A stretch of 64,000 nucleotides of DNA from a virus. The notes beneath the pieces were generated by a model that made no database searches, was not told the DNA's origin, and saw only the letters and a program-made list of their open reading frames with translations. Below, one piece after another: positions 1 through 9,263 of the stretch; position 1 is the stretch's first letter; every line of letters begins with the position of its first letter. The position numbers and the translations under genes are program-made. The stretch is taken from positions 1 to 64,000 of the IMG/VR virus record IMGVR_UViG_3300020377_000001; one strand, written 5' to 3'.

Positions 1-2242
1 GCAGAATAAGCAGTCTGTCATAGATATTGTTGCGGGTCGTTTACAGAATATGCCGCTAAGACTGTCGTTTGATAGGGGCATGTTTGCTTGGGATGCCGTT
101 TTCTGGCCTTCCTCCGACCAGAGCAGTGGGAATCGTGTCATATTTGAATCCAATGCCCTTCAGCGGGGTCCCGTGCAGATTACAGACACGCAGTCTATTG
201 CTAATAAGTTTCGATTCAAAATGTCTTTCGATGCTCGATTTCAGGAGTCATCCGAAACAAGGATGGTTGACCATACATCTAGCAACCTTCTTAATTTAAG
301 CAAGTCTCTGTTTGGAGAGACGTCGATTGAGGAGATTGATATTTCCGATGCTTCAGATAAGTCGGGCGCGGGTATTGCGATTGACAACATTATACGATCA
401 AGGTCTGTTCCAAGGCTTACGGTCTCTTATTCTGGTATGAGCCCCACCCTTCTCGACTCTGAGTTGGGCCAGCTTTGGAAGATTGATGACGCCGAGGCAG
501 GATTGAGGGACTCTCCTGCGGTTCTTGTCGGCGTCAAGCCGGAGGTCGAGACAGGCACGACATCTTTGTCATTTGTGACGCTTGAGGACTACTATACGAC
601 ACTCCGTAAATCTGCACAGGAGATTATTGAGGTGAGTGCGATTGCAGCCAGCAATCAGCAACAGGAAGAGCAGGAAGAGGAAGAACAGGAGCAAGAGACC
701 AAGCGGTACGGAGTCTATTTGCAACTGACAGACACCTATGGTGATGCAGCATCAGTCTTTCAGTCCGCCAGTTATATTGGAATACGCACCCATGTTACGA
801 ATAGCGGGGATCTCTCTGAAAGAGAAGGCTATGAGGTTATTCTTGAAAACGATGGCAGTTACTGGCAGATTTTAGAGTCTCATCCAACCCAAACCTCATC
901 AATCGCTAAATTTCAGTACATACATGCATCGCTAATACCCTTTGAATACACCAGTTTCAACATTGTCAAAGGTCAAAAGAAGAACGTCCTTATCAACATG
1001 CAGGTCTATCCGCTAGATCAGAACTTCGCCCGAATTGCCACCCCAAGATTTAATGTGAAGGGATTTATGCGTCTTGGTCAGACTGTTTTGGGGATAATGA
1101 ATGATGATGTTCAGATTTCAACAATGCTGGGTTCGCATAAAATTGGTTATGGGTACTTAAATGTTGCTGGTTCGGGTTACGGCTTTTCTTTCTTACCAAG
1201 AACCATTGATGGCGTTGAGAACCAAATCAGGTATTTCGAAGAAGGGCACAACATTATCTGGAGAAACCACACCGGACTTTGGCCCAGAGAAAAACTTGTT
1301 GGTGCTGCACTTGCTGCTTATGGATACCAGAACTACTGGACGACAGAGTTGCAGCTTTCAAACAGAACAATGATTACGACGGGGTTGCAGTATTTTACAG
1401 ACACATTTCCTGGCGCCGCCAACAATTCTAGACAGTTTAGCAGCCTGACAGACGAGGATATCTGGAAGAATGACGTTTACGGTCTAGACTATTATGGCAT
1501 GACTGAGGCGCAGAGGGATGCTCTGGCCAACCAGGGTAAGAGTTTTTCAGGCAGCAATAACGGACGGCAGGTTGCATCTGGTACAGTGTCAGGATCAACC
1601 TATACGGGCCCAGCCTCCTACTATGGCACTATTCAGGTAATTGGTTTTATTACTCCAAGCGTGTTGGAGAACCTTGGGTCGTCGCAGGCAATATTCAACG
1701 GACAGGAGGCGGTTCCGACCAGAAGAACAGAGCTTGTTCTTTTAAAGTTCGCAGATACCACATTTGTAAACGACATATTCAATTACCCGCAAAACTGGAG
1801 CTACATCGGCGAGTCTTTTAACTCAAACAATATGAAGTTTATTCACCAAGGGGGTGACACTGACAAGCCATACCTTGTTGCAGGCAAGCATGAGGACGCT
1901 TCTTCAACTTCGGAAAGGTGGTGGTTGTTTGTATCCAAGATTGGACACACAACAGAGCTCGACACGTCACAGTCAATGGTTATATCAACACGGTCCCGGG
2001 CCTATGAGCACACGATTACTCCACATTCGGCAGTTTCTGGGTATCACATCTGCGCCCCAGACACAGAGTTTACGTCCACAATATATAACTCTATTGTGGA
2101 TGGGACAACAGAACTAACGGACTCAAACGGGAACAAGTGGCTGGTTCAGAAAAAGAATAGCCAGACACATCCTGCCGTGAATCACGCTTTCGTAACGCCC
2201 GTAAATCATAGCGAGGATCCGGGCAACTTTGATTGGACATAA
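1..2242 (+). CDS. Large virion/tail-associated protein, 5' truncated by window
   Basis: Frame is open from position 2 to TAA at 2240-2242; S/T/G/N-rich beta-type composition, Q/E linker, followed by lysis-like genes. Confidence 0.6.
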   Translation, partial: QNKQSVIDIVAGRLQNMPLRLSFDRGMFAWDAVFWPSSDQSSGNRVIFESNALQRGPVQITDTQSIANKFRFKMSFDARFQESSETRMVDHTSSNLLNLSKSLFGETSIEEIDISDASDKSGAGIAIDNIIRSRSVPRLTVSYSGMSPTLLDSELGQLWKIDDAEAGLRDSPAVLVGVKPEVETGTTSLSFVTLEDYYTTLRKSAQEIIEVSAIAASNQQQEEQEEEEQEQETKRYGVYLQLTDTYGDAASVFQSASYIGIRTHVTNSGDLSEREGYEVILENDGSYWQILESHPTQTSSIAKFQYIHASLIPFEYTSFNIVKGQKKNVLINMQVYPLDQNFARIATPRFNVKGFMRLGQTVLGIMNDDVQISTMLGSHKIGYGYLNVAGSGYGFSFLPRTIDGVENQIRYFEEGHNIIWRNHTGLWPREKLVGAALAAYGYQNYWTTELQLSNRTMITTGLQYFTDTFPGAANNSRQFSSLTDEDIWKNDVYGLDYYGMTEAQRDALANQGKSFSGSNNGRQVASGTVSGSTYTGPASYYGTIQVIGFITPSVLENLGSSQAIFNGQEAVPTRRTELVLLKFADTTFVNDIFNYPQNWSYIGESFNSNNMKFIHQGGDTDKPYLVAGKHEDASSTSERWWLFVSKIGHTTELDTSQSMVISTRSRAYEHTITPHSAVSGYHICAPDTEFTSTIYNSIVDGTTELTDSNGNKWLVQKKNSQTHPAVNHAFVTPVNHSEDPGNFDWT

Positions 2243-2252
2243 GGAGAACCCA

Positions 2253-2468
2253 ATGAACAAACTACTATCTAGAAAACTATTCGTGTCTCTGGGCTCGATC
2301 GTAATGATCGTATCAAGCGCACTCCAGGGGTCCCTTGGATGGGCAGAGGCCATTCCTAGCATCGCTGCTGTTGCCATCGGCTACTGTGTTGCACAGGGGT
2401 GGGTAGACGCGAAGGAAATCGAGGCCGCAGCCTCACTGTCAGGACCAGATGTCGAAGAAGATAAGTAA
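2253..2468 (+). CDS. Holin-like small membrane protein
   Basis: AAGGAG RBS before ATG 2253; KLLSRKL start, two hydrophobic segments, acidic C-terminus. Confidence 0.6.
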   Translation: MNKLLSRKLFVSLGSIVMIVSSALQGSLGWAEAIPSIAAVAIGYCVAQGWVDAKEIEAAASLSGPDVEEDK

Positions 2469-2805
2469 CATATTGACCCTTTCGGTCCTAATAATCGTAT
2501 TTGTGGCGCTAGGGTACTGGCTTGGGTCTATTGGGCTTTTGGCTGGCGGTGCGGGCGTTGCTGTAGTGGCGAATCGTGCCAGGAAAAAGATAGACAAAGT
2601 CAGCAGCGTTGCGGATTCCGCCATTGCCGTGATTGATGGCTCAATTCAGGCGAGCAAAGAGAGGGTTTCAAGACTAGAGAAGTCCTCTGAGGAGTCTAAG
2701 AATGAAGCAAAGGCTGATCGTCTTGATGTTGATCCTTACGAGTCACTTGTCGTGGATCGACCAAGGTTACGCATTTCCAACGATGGGGAAGTGGACGAGG
2801 GGTGA
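2449..2805 (+). CDS. Membrane-anchored coiled-coil protein (spanin-like)
   Basis: N-terminal TM helices then helical charged region; directly after holin-like gene. Confidence 0.45.
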   Translation: MSKKISNILTLSVLIIVFVALGYWLGSIGLLAGGAGVAVVANRARKKIDKVSSVADSAIAVIDGSIQASKERVSRLEKSSEESKNEAKADRLDVDPYESLVVDRPRLRISNDGEVDEG

Positions 2806-3175
2806 TGGTGCAACGGTAGAGATACCTTGCCCAAACGAATTTGGAGATGTGACCATCTTTGCAGAAGGCTGCATCTTGAAGCTTCGCGGCGGCGGGATTG
2901 TTTATACCAAGGAGGCGGACGCAACCGTGTTTAGCGAGTTCGAGATGGCCAGCAAAATGATTGATGGACTGAAGCTCGAGGTCGGAACATTAAGGTCAGA
3001 CATGGAGGAGCTCAAGAAGACCCACCTTTTGCAAATCTCTGCCTTATCACAGTCGGCTCAAAAAGATATCGATGAATTACAGAAGGCGCACAGGCTTCAA
3101 TCGCTCAGGAACTCAATAACAACAGCGGCGATTGGCGCCGTCGTTGGAGCCCTGCTTCTTGCTTTAGCCCTCTAG
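2702..3175 (+). CDS. Signal peptide + coiled coil + C-terminal TM protein (spanin-like)
   Basis: MKQRLIVLMLIL signal-like start, coiled coil, AAIGAVVGALLLALAL tail; overlaps upstream ORF by 104 bp. Confidence 0.45.
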   Translation: MKQRLIVLMLILTSHLSWIDQGYAFPTMGKWTRGDGATVEIPCPNEFGDVTIFAEGCILKLRGGGIVYTKEADATVFSEFEMASKMIDGLKLEVGTLRSDMEELKKTHLLQISALSQSAQKDIDELQKAHRLQSLRNSITTAAIGAVVGALLLALAL

Positions 3176-3688
3176 ACCATAAAAGATCTTCTCTCGATTT
3201 GTTCTACTACAAATGTCGCGAAGGCACTCAATAAAAGTACACGGGTCTGACCCGGGTTCGTACAAAACCCTTTTTGACTCTACAGGTCGTTCTCGAGCCG
3301 ACTTCTCGTCGTTGGTCACATACGCATGGAACGAGCTCTTGATGCAGTCGCAACCCCTGAGCCCTCTTCTTGAGTCAATGGATATCGACGGATCCTCCTC
3401 AGTCATGCATACTGCGGCCCTCCCCTCGATTTGCCCGTACCACGGTATGACGGCGCCCCGAAAATACCCAGTAAAACTGTCCTCCCATCGGACCGCAGGG
3501 CCTATGCACACCAGCACATCTGGATTGAGGTCTCGCAAGATTCTTTTCAAAGGGTAATCTTTCGACTCCGGCTCCTCCCGTTCCACAAAGGACCTATAGT
3601 CATACCTCTCGTCGTAAATGACCTCAATACCGTCAACTTCCCTTAAAAGGGGAATGATAGAGTGCCACATCGTAAAGAATATTTTCAT
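3164..3688 (-). CDS. Hypothetical protein
   Basis: 174-aa ORF coupled to RuvC gene; no confident family. Confidence 0.55.
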   Translation of the reverse strand: MKIFFTMWHSIIPLLREVDGIEVIYDERYDYRSFVEREEPESKDYPLKRILRDLNPDVLVCIGPAVRWEDSFTGYFRGAVIPWYGQIEGRAAVCMTEEDPSISIDSRRGLRGCDCIKSSFHAYVTNDEKSARERPVESKRVLYEPGSDPCTFIECLRDICSRTNREKIFYGLEG

Positions 3689-4176
3689 GCCTTAATCCTG
3701 CCGATCTGCCTTCGTCCATACTCTGCTATAAGAAGAGCGTCCGCAATCCCGTCATGGGGCTTTCTCGCCCTCTCAGACTTGCGTAGGTCTGTCTTCGGAA
3801 ACAGCCTCTTTGCTGCAAGTATGTTCCTGTCCTTGCCGTCGCCAGGAACACCAGAAAGCATTTTAGATGTCCACGTCCTCGGGGATACCACGTTTAATGA
3901 AATTTCACACGACGTTATAACTCCGAGCCATATGCCGTATCCATACCCAGTCTTAAAAGTAGAGCTCACGCCCTGACCAGGTCTTGCACTCTGAGACTCT
4001 ATGAATACCCACTTTGCGTCACCCCTAGAAAGGATCTTCTTCATCTCCGCAATGTCGTAATCTCTTTTGGACTTGCCCACGGCGATTGTGGGCGTAGTGA
4101 TTGCGAAAGACACGTTGCCGTCCAGGTCCATGCATGCGACGCCTCCAGACAGGCCTGGGTCAATGCCTATTATCAA
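3685..4176 (-). CDS. ruvC: RuvC-like Holliday junction resolvase
   Basis: MIIGIDPG, VFIE, F-x-x-G-x-x-YG and DGIADALLIA motifs. Confidence 0.9.
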   Translation of the reverse strand: MIIGIDPGLSGGVACMDLDGNVSFAITTPTIAVGKSKRDYDIAEMKKILSRGDAKWVFIESQSARPGQGVSSTFKTGYGYGIWLGVITSCEISLNVVSPRTWTSKMLSGVPGDGKDRNILAAKRLFPKTDLRKSERARKPHDGIADALLIAEYGRRQIGRIKA

Positions 4177-5038
4177 GATTCTGCTCCTGTGAATTCGTCG
4201 GAAAGTATTTTAAATGCTGCTGCTGCCACGATTGGAACTTGTCCGTTTCCAATGGATTTAAGTCTGTCCACCCTATTGGCCAACCCATGAGCCACTCGAC
4301 CCAGTACGGGCTTAATGGACCACCAACTGTGTTGACCTCTGGAGGGTGCGACACCCATGCTCGACACCCCCGCCACTTCTGCATGTCTGGGGTCAATTGA
4401 TTGCCTGCTTCTGTTGGAGTCGCCAAAAGGTCCGGCCAATGGCCCTTCGCAGCCATGCTGCTCAAACTCATTTTGCCTTTTGTTGCATATGGCTGCCCCG
4501 TCCTTGGGCGTATCCCATTGTTCGTTGTGCCGTATTGGGATGCCGTTGGGGTCGGAAGCAAGTATCCAGAGCCTGTTTCTTCGATGTGGCGCACCGAGGT
4601 GCCAAGCTCCCAGCACGCACCATCGAACGTCATACCCCAGAGAGTTAAGTCCTTCGACGACGGTGCCGAGCCCATTGGCACGGAGATTCGGACTGTTTTC
4701 CGCGAACACAAACTTAGGCCGAGCCTCTCCAGCAACTCTGAGCATCTCGAACCAAAGCGCAGAACGGCTGTCGGCAAGTCCTTTGCGCGAACCCGCTGTG
4801 CTGATTCCTTGGCAGGGGAATCCTCCGGTAACAATGTCAATTGAGTCGGACCATGGTCGTCCATCAAAGGTTCTGATGTCGTCCCAGATTGGAAACCTTT
4901 CAAGGTGCCCATCTCTCTGTCTTTTAAGCAGTACGGACCTGCAGAAGGGATCAATTTCGACAGCGCATCTGGTGCGCCATCCAAGCATTCTTCCTCCCAG
5001 GATGCCTCCTCCTGCCCCTGCAAATAGTGCCAACTCAC
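4160..5038 (-). CDS. Overprinted alternative-frame MTase beta chain (motif IX)
   Basis: 292-codon ORF inside the MTase gene ending in PLSPYWVEWLMGWPIGWTD, a motif IX-like segment; real start uncertain. Confidence 0.65.
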   Translation of the reverse strand: MSWHYLQGQEEASWEEECLDGAPDALSKLIPSAGPYCLKDREMGTLKGFQSGTTSEPLMDDHGPTQLTLLPEDSPAKESAQRVRAKDLPTAVLRFGSRCSELLERLGLSLCSRKTVRISVPMGSAPSSKDLTLWGMTFDGACWELGTSVRHIEETGSGYLLPTPTASQYGTTNNGIRPRTGQPYATKGKMSLSSMAAKGHWPDLLATPTEAGNQLTPDMQKWRGCRAWVSHPPEVNTVGGPLSPYWVEWLMGWPIGWTDLNPLETDKFQSWQQQHLKYFPTNSQEQNLDNRH

Positions 5039-5042
5039 GCAT
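4173..5042 (-). CDS. C5 cytosine DNA methyltransferase, alpha chain
   Basis: Motif I LFAGAGG, IV GFPCQ, VI ENS, VIII HRRNR, X IGNGQVP; GGAGC RBS before ATG 5042 (the longer ORF call starting at 5447 overlaps SSB). Confidence 0.9.
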   Translation of the reverse strand: MRELALFAGAGGGILGGRMLGWRTRCAVEIDPFCRSVLLKRQRDGHLERFPIWDDIRTFDGRPWSDSIDIVTGGFPCQGISTAGSRKGLADSRSALWFEMLRVAGEARPKFVFAENSPNLRANGLGTVVEGLNSLGYDVRWCVLGAWHLGAPHRRNRLWILASDPNGIPIRHNEQWDTPKDGAAICNKRQNEFEQHGCEGPLAGPFGDSNRSRQSIDPRHAEVAGVSSMGVAPSRGQHSWWSIKPVLGRVAHGLANRVDRLKSIGNGQVPIVAAAAFKILSDEFTGAES

Positions 5043-5049
5043 TATGCTC

Positions 5050-5520
5050 CTAGAAAGGTATTGGGTCCTGTCCAGAGCCCCCACCTTGGTTGCCGCCCCA
5101 GTTGCCGCCCTGGTTTCCGCCCTGGTTTCCGCCCTGGTTTCCGCCCCAGTTGCTGCCCTGATTATTAGACTGTCCCCAGGAGCCCTGACCCTGAGATCCG
5201 CTAGAAGGCGACCCCTGCGAATCTTCGTCTCGACGTTTCTGTATAATCTTGAACATTTTACCGTCAAGCTGGGCGAATTTCTTTGTTTCTCCATCCTTTG
5301 TCCAAGACTTCTGGTACTCCTCTCCAGACGTTGTGACGATATCCCCCTTGGCGCAATACTGATGCACGAAGCTTGCGGTCTGTCCGTAAAGGCTAACCTT
5401 GTTCCAACTTGTCTCTTTCTGCCCTTTCCAAGTTCGGTCCGTTGCAATGCTCACGTTTACTATTGTCTCGGTTACCCGATCAACATTGCCAACTCTGCCT
5501 GTGATCGTAAATGTCTTCAT
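5050..5520 (-). CDS. ssb: Single-stranded DNA-binding protein
   Basis: OB-fold start ITGRVG, SIAT, G/N/Q-rich linker, DPIPF tip. Confidence 0.92.
   Translation of the reverse strand: MKTFTITGRVGNVDRVTETIVNVSIATDRTWKGQKETSWNKVSLYGQTASFVHQYCAKGDIVTTSGEEYQKSWTKDGETKKFAQLDGKMFKIIQKRRDEDSQGSPSSGSQGQGSWGQSNNQGSNWGGNQGGNQGGNQGGNWGGNQGGGSGQDPIPF
5105..5140. repeat. 3 x 12-bp tandem repeat encoding GGNQ linker of SSB
   Basis: CCGCCCTGGTTT x3 with degenerate flanking copies. Confidence 0.9.
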
Positions 5521-6275
5521 TTCTTGCTCCTAACAATTCCGAGTACCTCAGCCTCTTGGCAGAGGTCTTTATCCTTGGCCAAGTGTGCTATAAAAGCGTT
5601 CACTCGACCACCATATTTATTCATTAAGTCGTTAACGTCTTTGACCTTAGACTTGGGGTCCAATTTGTTCCAGGCTCGGACGCAGAGGGCGTCAAAGAGG
5701 TCTCCGTTTTGCTCGCTAAACTCTGAATTCAATTCAAATAGCTGCAAGTCAACAGCCGTGTCCAGCATGCTGGCCTCTAATGCAGACACTGTTTCGTCTT
5801 TGCCGCCATAGATGTCAATGCCTAGACCGTGTGTCGCAAGGTGTTTTACAAGGCACCTTACTTTTGCTGTATTCAAATCGTTTGCTGTCCACGAGTTGGT
5901 TACCTTGTGACCATATCCGTAAACAGGCAAATCCCAGGTTGAATCAATCTTAAATCCATCCTTTGAAATCCAAAGATTGCTCTGAACATAGGCAGTCCCG
6001 TCAGGCAACAAGCAATACTCATCAAGCTTGCCCTCGTTGTTCTCAAACCTGGTCCAATAAAACCCACTCAATGGAAATGTTTTACGCAACATCAAAATTG
6101 CGGTGGCCCACTTGATGTACACTATGAAGTCTTTGCCCTTTTTGATTCGCTCAAGATTGTCTTCTGAAAACTTAATCTTGGAAAAAGTTTCGAATACCTC
6201 TCTCGCCAAACCCTGCTCGCTTACGATTCTGGCCGGCTTATTTATTGTGTCCTGCTCCGTCTGTTTTTTAGGCAT
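5517..6275 (-). CDS. Sak3/DUF1071-like single-strand annealing protein
   Basis: YIKWATA and NTAKVRCLVKHLATHGLGIDIY motifs; lies between exonuclease and SSB. Confidence 0.75.
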   Translation of the reverse strand: MPKKQTEQDTINKPARIVSEQGLAREVFETFSKIKFSEDNLERIKKGKDFIVYIKWATAILMLRKTFPLSGFYWTRFENNEGKLDEYCLLPDGTAYVQSNLWISKDGFKIDSTWDLPVYGYGHKVTNSWTANDLNTAKVRCLVKHLATHGLGIDIYGGKDETVSALEASMLDTAVDLQLFELNSEFSEQNGDLFDALCVRAWNKLDPKSKVKDVNDLMNKYGGRVNAFIAHLAKDKDLCQEAEVLGIVRSKK

Positions 6276-7374
6276 TAGTGCCCTCCTCGTTGTTGGTTTT
6301 GAGTTTCTTTACCGTCATCGTCTGATATGGGGTCTTCATTGAAAATCGCTCCCAGATGTCTGGGTGGTCGCGTTTTAATGCTTCTTCACCGCCGAAATAC
6401 TTTACTGAAAGATGGGGGTCCCAATCATTAAAGGACTCCTTATCAAAAGACTTTCTGGATCTCTTGGAAAAGCTTATTCTGTACGAGTCCCCCTGGGCCA
6501 GTTTGTTGTCCTGCATCTTCAGCCTGATTTCATTGTTGAGCCTCGAGTATTCCTTTGTCCAAAACGACTTTTTCTCTTCAGCCTCAAACCTCTTATCACA
6601 GAGGGACCTTAAATCCTCTGTAAGGTCGACAACGTTATCACGGGCGCCATAAATTGAATCAATCGCCTTCTTACACTCTGCAGTGTGGTCGGCGGAATCT
6701 GGCGGGTTAACCTCGCGGACATGGTCAGACCACCATTTTTCCAGTATTGGAACGCAGGTTTCCTCGTACCAAGAGTTCTCAGACAGCTCGATGCACCAAA
6801 ACTCTACTACGCCTTCTGAAACTGCGTCAGCCATAGAGAGCTTGCCCTTGTTTACCAGGGACCAAATTCTTTCGCTGGCCTTAAATCCGGCGCAATAAAA
6901 CCCGTCCAAATCAGGACGACAGAACCAGTTGTGACGAGATTGGAGCTCTACCCTTAAAGGCAGACCGTGCTCCCAAGAGTCCCCATTGAAGCCCATGGTT
7001 TTTATCTCGAGCCCAAAGACCTTTCCGTCGACGACCCCCTCACCATCAATTGACCCATGAAGTTGTTCAAACCCGTCCCTTTTGTACATGTCCAAAAAAC
7101 ATTCGCCGAAACTGGCCCCAAGTACAGTAGACACATAGTCTCTGCAAATCGGCTCAGCTAAATGCCCTCTCTCAAAAACAGGGTTCGACTTCTGCTCCTT
7201 TATAGGCAGATCATAGAACATCCTTACGGGCTCCTTGGAGCTCCATATGTCCATTTCAGACCCCATCGACTTGAAGTCTGCAGCTATCCTCCCATGAAGT
7301 ATACATGGGGCATCACTGCCGCCAATCGATCTGCTCCGACGAACAATCCAAGAATCACTTTCGTTGTGTTGCAT
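6268..7374 (-). CDS. YqaJ/lambda-exonuclease family protein
   Basis: W-x-x-x-R-x-x-SIGGSD, GHLAE, SIDG, LEIKT motifs. Confidence 0.88.
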   Translation of the reverse strand: MQHNESDSWIVRRSRSIGGSDAPCILHGRIAADFKSMGSEMDIWSSKEPVRMFYDLPIKEQKSNPVFERGHLAEPICRDYVSTVLGASFGECFLDMYKRDGFEQLHGSIDGEGVVDGKVFGLEIKTMGFNGDSWEHGLPLRVELQSRHNWFCRPDLDGFYCAGFKASERIWSLVNKGKLSMADAVSEGVVEFWCIELSENSWYEETCVPILEKWWSDHVREVNPPDSADHTAECKKAIDSIYGARDNVVDLTEDLRSLCDKRFEAEEKKSFWTKEYSRLNNEIRLKMQDNKLAQGDSYRISFSKRSRKSFDKESFNDWDPHLSVKYFGGEEALKRDHPDIWERFSMKTPYQTMTVKKLKTNNEEGTNA

Positions 7375-7558
7375 ATGCACCAAGCCTTGCTCTTTCTTCC
7401 TTCTGGATTTCAATTTCAGCCTTCTCATAGTCTACGTCTGTCCTATGAAGGATCATTGTGGCTGCCGCAATCACGCTCTCTGCTGTAGAGAGGTCTTCGA
7501 GAACCTCCCTTGCCAGAGCAAAGGCCCATCGCACTTCTTCGCCAACCTTGTCACTCAT
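7355..7558 (-). CDS. Hypothetical protein
   Basis: Short ORF coupled between HTH and exonuclease genes. Confidence 0.5.
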   Translation of the reverse strand: MSDKVGEEVRWAFALAREVLEDLSTAESVIAAATMILHRTDVDYEKAEIEIQKEERARLGAYATQRK

Positions 7559-7814
7559 CGCCAAGTCTCCCAATGTCAAACGATTTCGAGAACATCACCC
7601 AAGAGGGGTCCACGCTCAACGCCTCGCAAATGTCCAAAAACTCAGAGACCATTATTGGTCTGTCTCGGAAAAACTCGCCGACTTGCCACTCTGAAAGCGA
7701 CACCGACTCGGCAAGGTCCTTTCTCGTCATACCTTTGAAGGACATGACGCATCTAAGCCTGCTCCTAATTCGCTGCTCCAAAAAGCCTCTTCTTTCGCTC
7801 TCCATATTCTCCAT
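7551..7814 (-). CDS. XRE/Cro-type HTH regulator
   Basis: MTRKDLAESVSLSEWQV...ICEALSVDPSW pattern; AGGAGG RBS; first gene of a divergent block. Confidence 0.8.
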   Translation of the reverse strand: MENMESERRGFLEQRIRSRLRCVMSFKGMTRKDLAESVSLSEWQVGEFFRDRPIMVSEFLDICEALSVDPSWVMFSKSFDIGRLGDE

Positions 7815-7835
7815 CGAGCCTCCTTTTCAGACTAG

Positions 7836-7864
7836 AATGTAGCATGCTGTATTGGTATAGACAA
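7836..7864 (-). promoter_or_regulatory. sigma70-like promoter for HTH/recombination block
   Basis: TTGTCT-17-TACATT with TG extension on minus strand. Confidence 0.55.
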
Positions 7865-7947
7865 TAATAAATGGTTAATGATGAAAACATTTTGGTTTTT
7901 CCAATTTCTTGTTGCAGGTTTTATTCTTTAGAGGTTACAAGAGGTTT

Positions 7948-8610
7948 ATGCCGAACCAAAATCGATGGATCAAGTTTCACATGAGTAATTTAGAGGACAA
8001 CTCAGACTGCTGGGTATTTGTGGCCTGGTTTCTGTCGATCGCAAAGGTAAAAGACTTTGGTGTTGTGTCGCATTCGCTTATTGATTGCAACAGGTTCGAG
8101 GCTCAGTCTGGGCTTTCTCATGCGAAGGCCAAGGATCAGGTTCGTGCAGCAATGCAGCGGGGGATTATTGTGTTTTGTGAGGTGACGGGCTCGATTGGCG
8201 GCAGGTCCCCAAAGGAGAAAATCGTACGCGGATGGAGGCACTTTGCCTGGGAGTCTGTTCTGCCAGACCAAAGGGTGAAGAAGCGTAAGGTAGAGCGACT
8301 AAAAGTGCCCCAATTTTCACACTACACTCGGGAATCGTCAAGCACTGGTCCAACGATTGTCGATGTTGTCGAGAAGGCAATATCGTGCATGTCTTTGGGC
8401 GGAAAGTCCACGAGGGTCATTTCGCTCGATGCGATATCTCTCGAGATAATAAAGGGCCTGGTATCAGAACACGGAGCAGAGTCTGTCATGGATGCTCTCG
8501 ATAAGTGTGGAGGAACTGCCAGACCGGCTTATATGTTAAAAAAGGTTCTATCCAAAGGTCGAAAGAAAAAGGGTGCAATTCCAACCAGAGAGGAGTGGCT
8601 AAAGGGATGA
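7948..8610 (+). CDS. Putative replication initiator
   Basis: RWIKFH start, DnaD-like C-terminus, directly upstream of DnaC/DnaB. Confidence 0.55.
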   Translation: MPNQNRWIKFHMSNLEDNSDCWVFVAWFLSIAKVKDFGVVSHSLIDCNRFEAQSGLSHAKAKDQVRAAMQRGIIVFCEVTGSIGGRSPKEKIVRGWRHFAWESVLPDQRVKKRKVERLKVPQFSHYTRESSSTGPTIVDVVEKAISCMSLGGKSTRVISLDAISLEIIKGLVSEHGAESVMDALDKCGGTARPAYMLKKVLSKGRKKKGAIPTREEWLKG

Positions 8611-9263
8611 CGTGTAAATTATGTAGAGGCATGTTGAAGATAATTCGTGTTGAGGAGGGCGAGGTGTTTGCAATCGACTGCCCAAACTGCAGGCAGGAGG
8701 TTGTGAGCGAAAAGATGACGAGAGCAAACTTGCCAAAGAGGTATTTGTCCGTACGGTTTACGAACTCAAAGATGCCTTCACCTGAGTATGAGAAATCCTG
8801 TAGGTCTTTATCTTATTGGTGTCAGTCGCCAGAAGGTTTTGTGACCATATCTGGTCCGCCCGGTAGCGGAAAGACGCACATGCTTGCCTGTATGGCCGCA
8901 CAAATGATCGACAGTGGTCTTGATGCTAGGTACCTGTCTCTTATAGATCTTTTTGATGACGAGAGAAGACGAATTGGAAAGCAGCCAGTCAGAGACCTAT
9001 ACTTGTTAGAATCGGCGCCGATCCTTCTGGTGGATGAGCTCGGTGCGGGCATCGGAACTGAATTCGAAAAGGACGTCATTCATCGACTGGTAGCCCGTCG
9101 TTATGACGATATGAGACCAACTGTGTTTGCTACGAACTTTAGGTTTTTCGGCTCGGGAGCGGCGAGCCTAGAGTCGAGCGGCAGGGTCAGCACGCACACC
9201 TTCTCGAGGCTATCCACTTCTACAAATTTTGAAACGATAGAATCTTTTAGAGGTGGTCAATGA
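8607..9263 (+). CDS. DnaC/IstB-like helicase loader
   Basis: CxxC zinc site, GPPGSGKT, LLVDELG, RYDDMRPTVFATN. Confidence 0.88.
   Translation: MTCKLCRGMLKIIRVEEGEVFAIDCPNCRQEVVSEKMTRANLPKRYLSVRFTNSKMPSPEYEKSCRSLSYWCQSPEGFVTISGPPGSGKTHMLACMAAQMIDSGLDARYLSLIDLFDDERRRIGKQPVRDLYLLESAPILLVDELGAGIGTEFEKDVIHRLVARRYDDMRPTVFATNFRFFGSGAASLESSGRVSTHTFSRLSTSTNFETIESFRGGQ

Noticed and set aside
3164-3688. Uracil-DNA glycosylase call
   Set aside because: Only a short LNPDVLVCIG resemblance; catalytic motifs not seen
5043-5447. N-terminal extension of MTase ORF with AETR repeats
   Set aside because: Off-frame reading of the SSB GGNQ repeat; RBS supports ATG 5042
4357-5811. 484-aa plus-strand ORF
   Set aside because: Antisense shadow of MTase, SSB and annealase; no motifs or RBS
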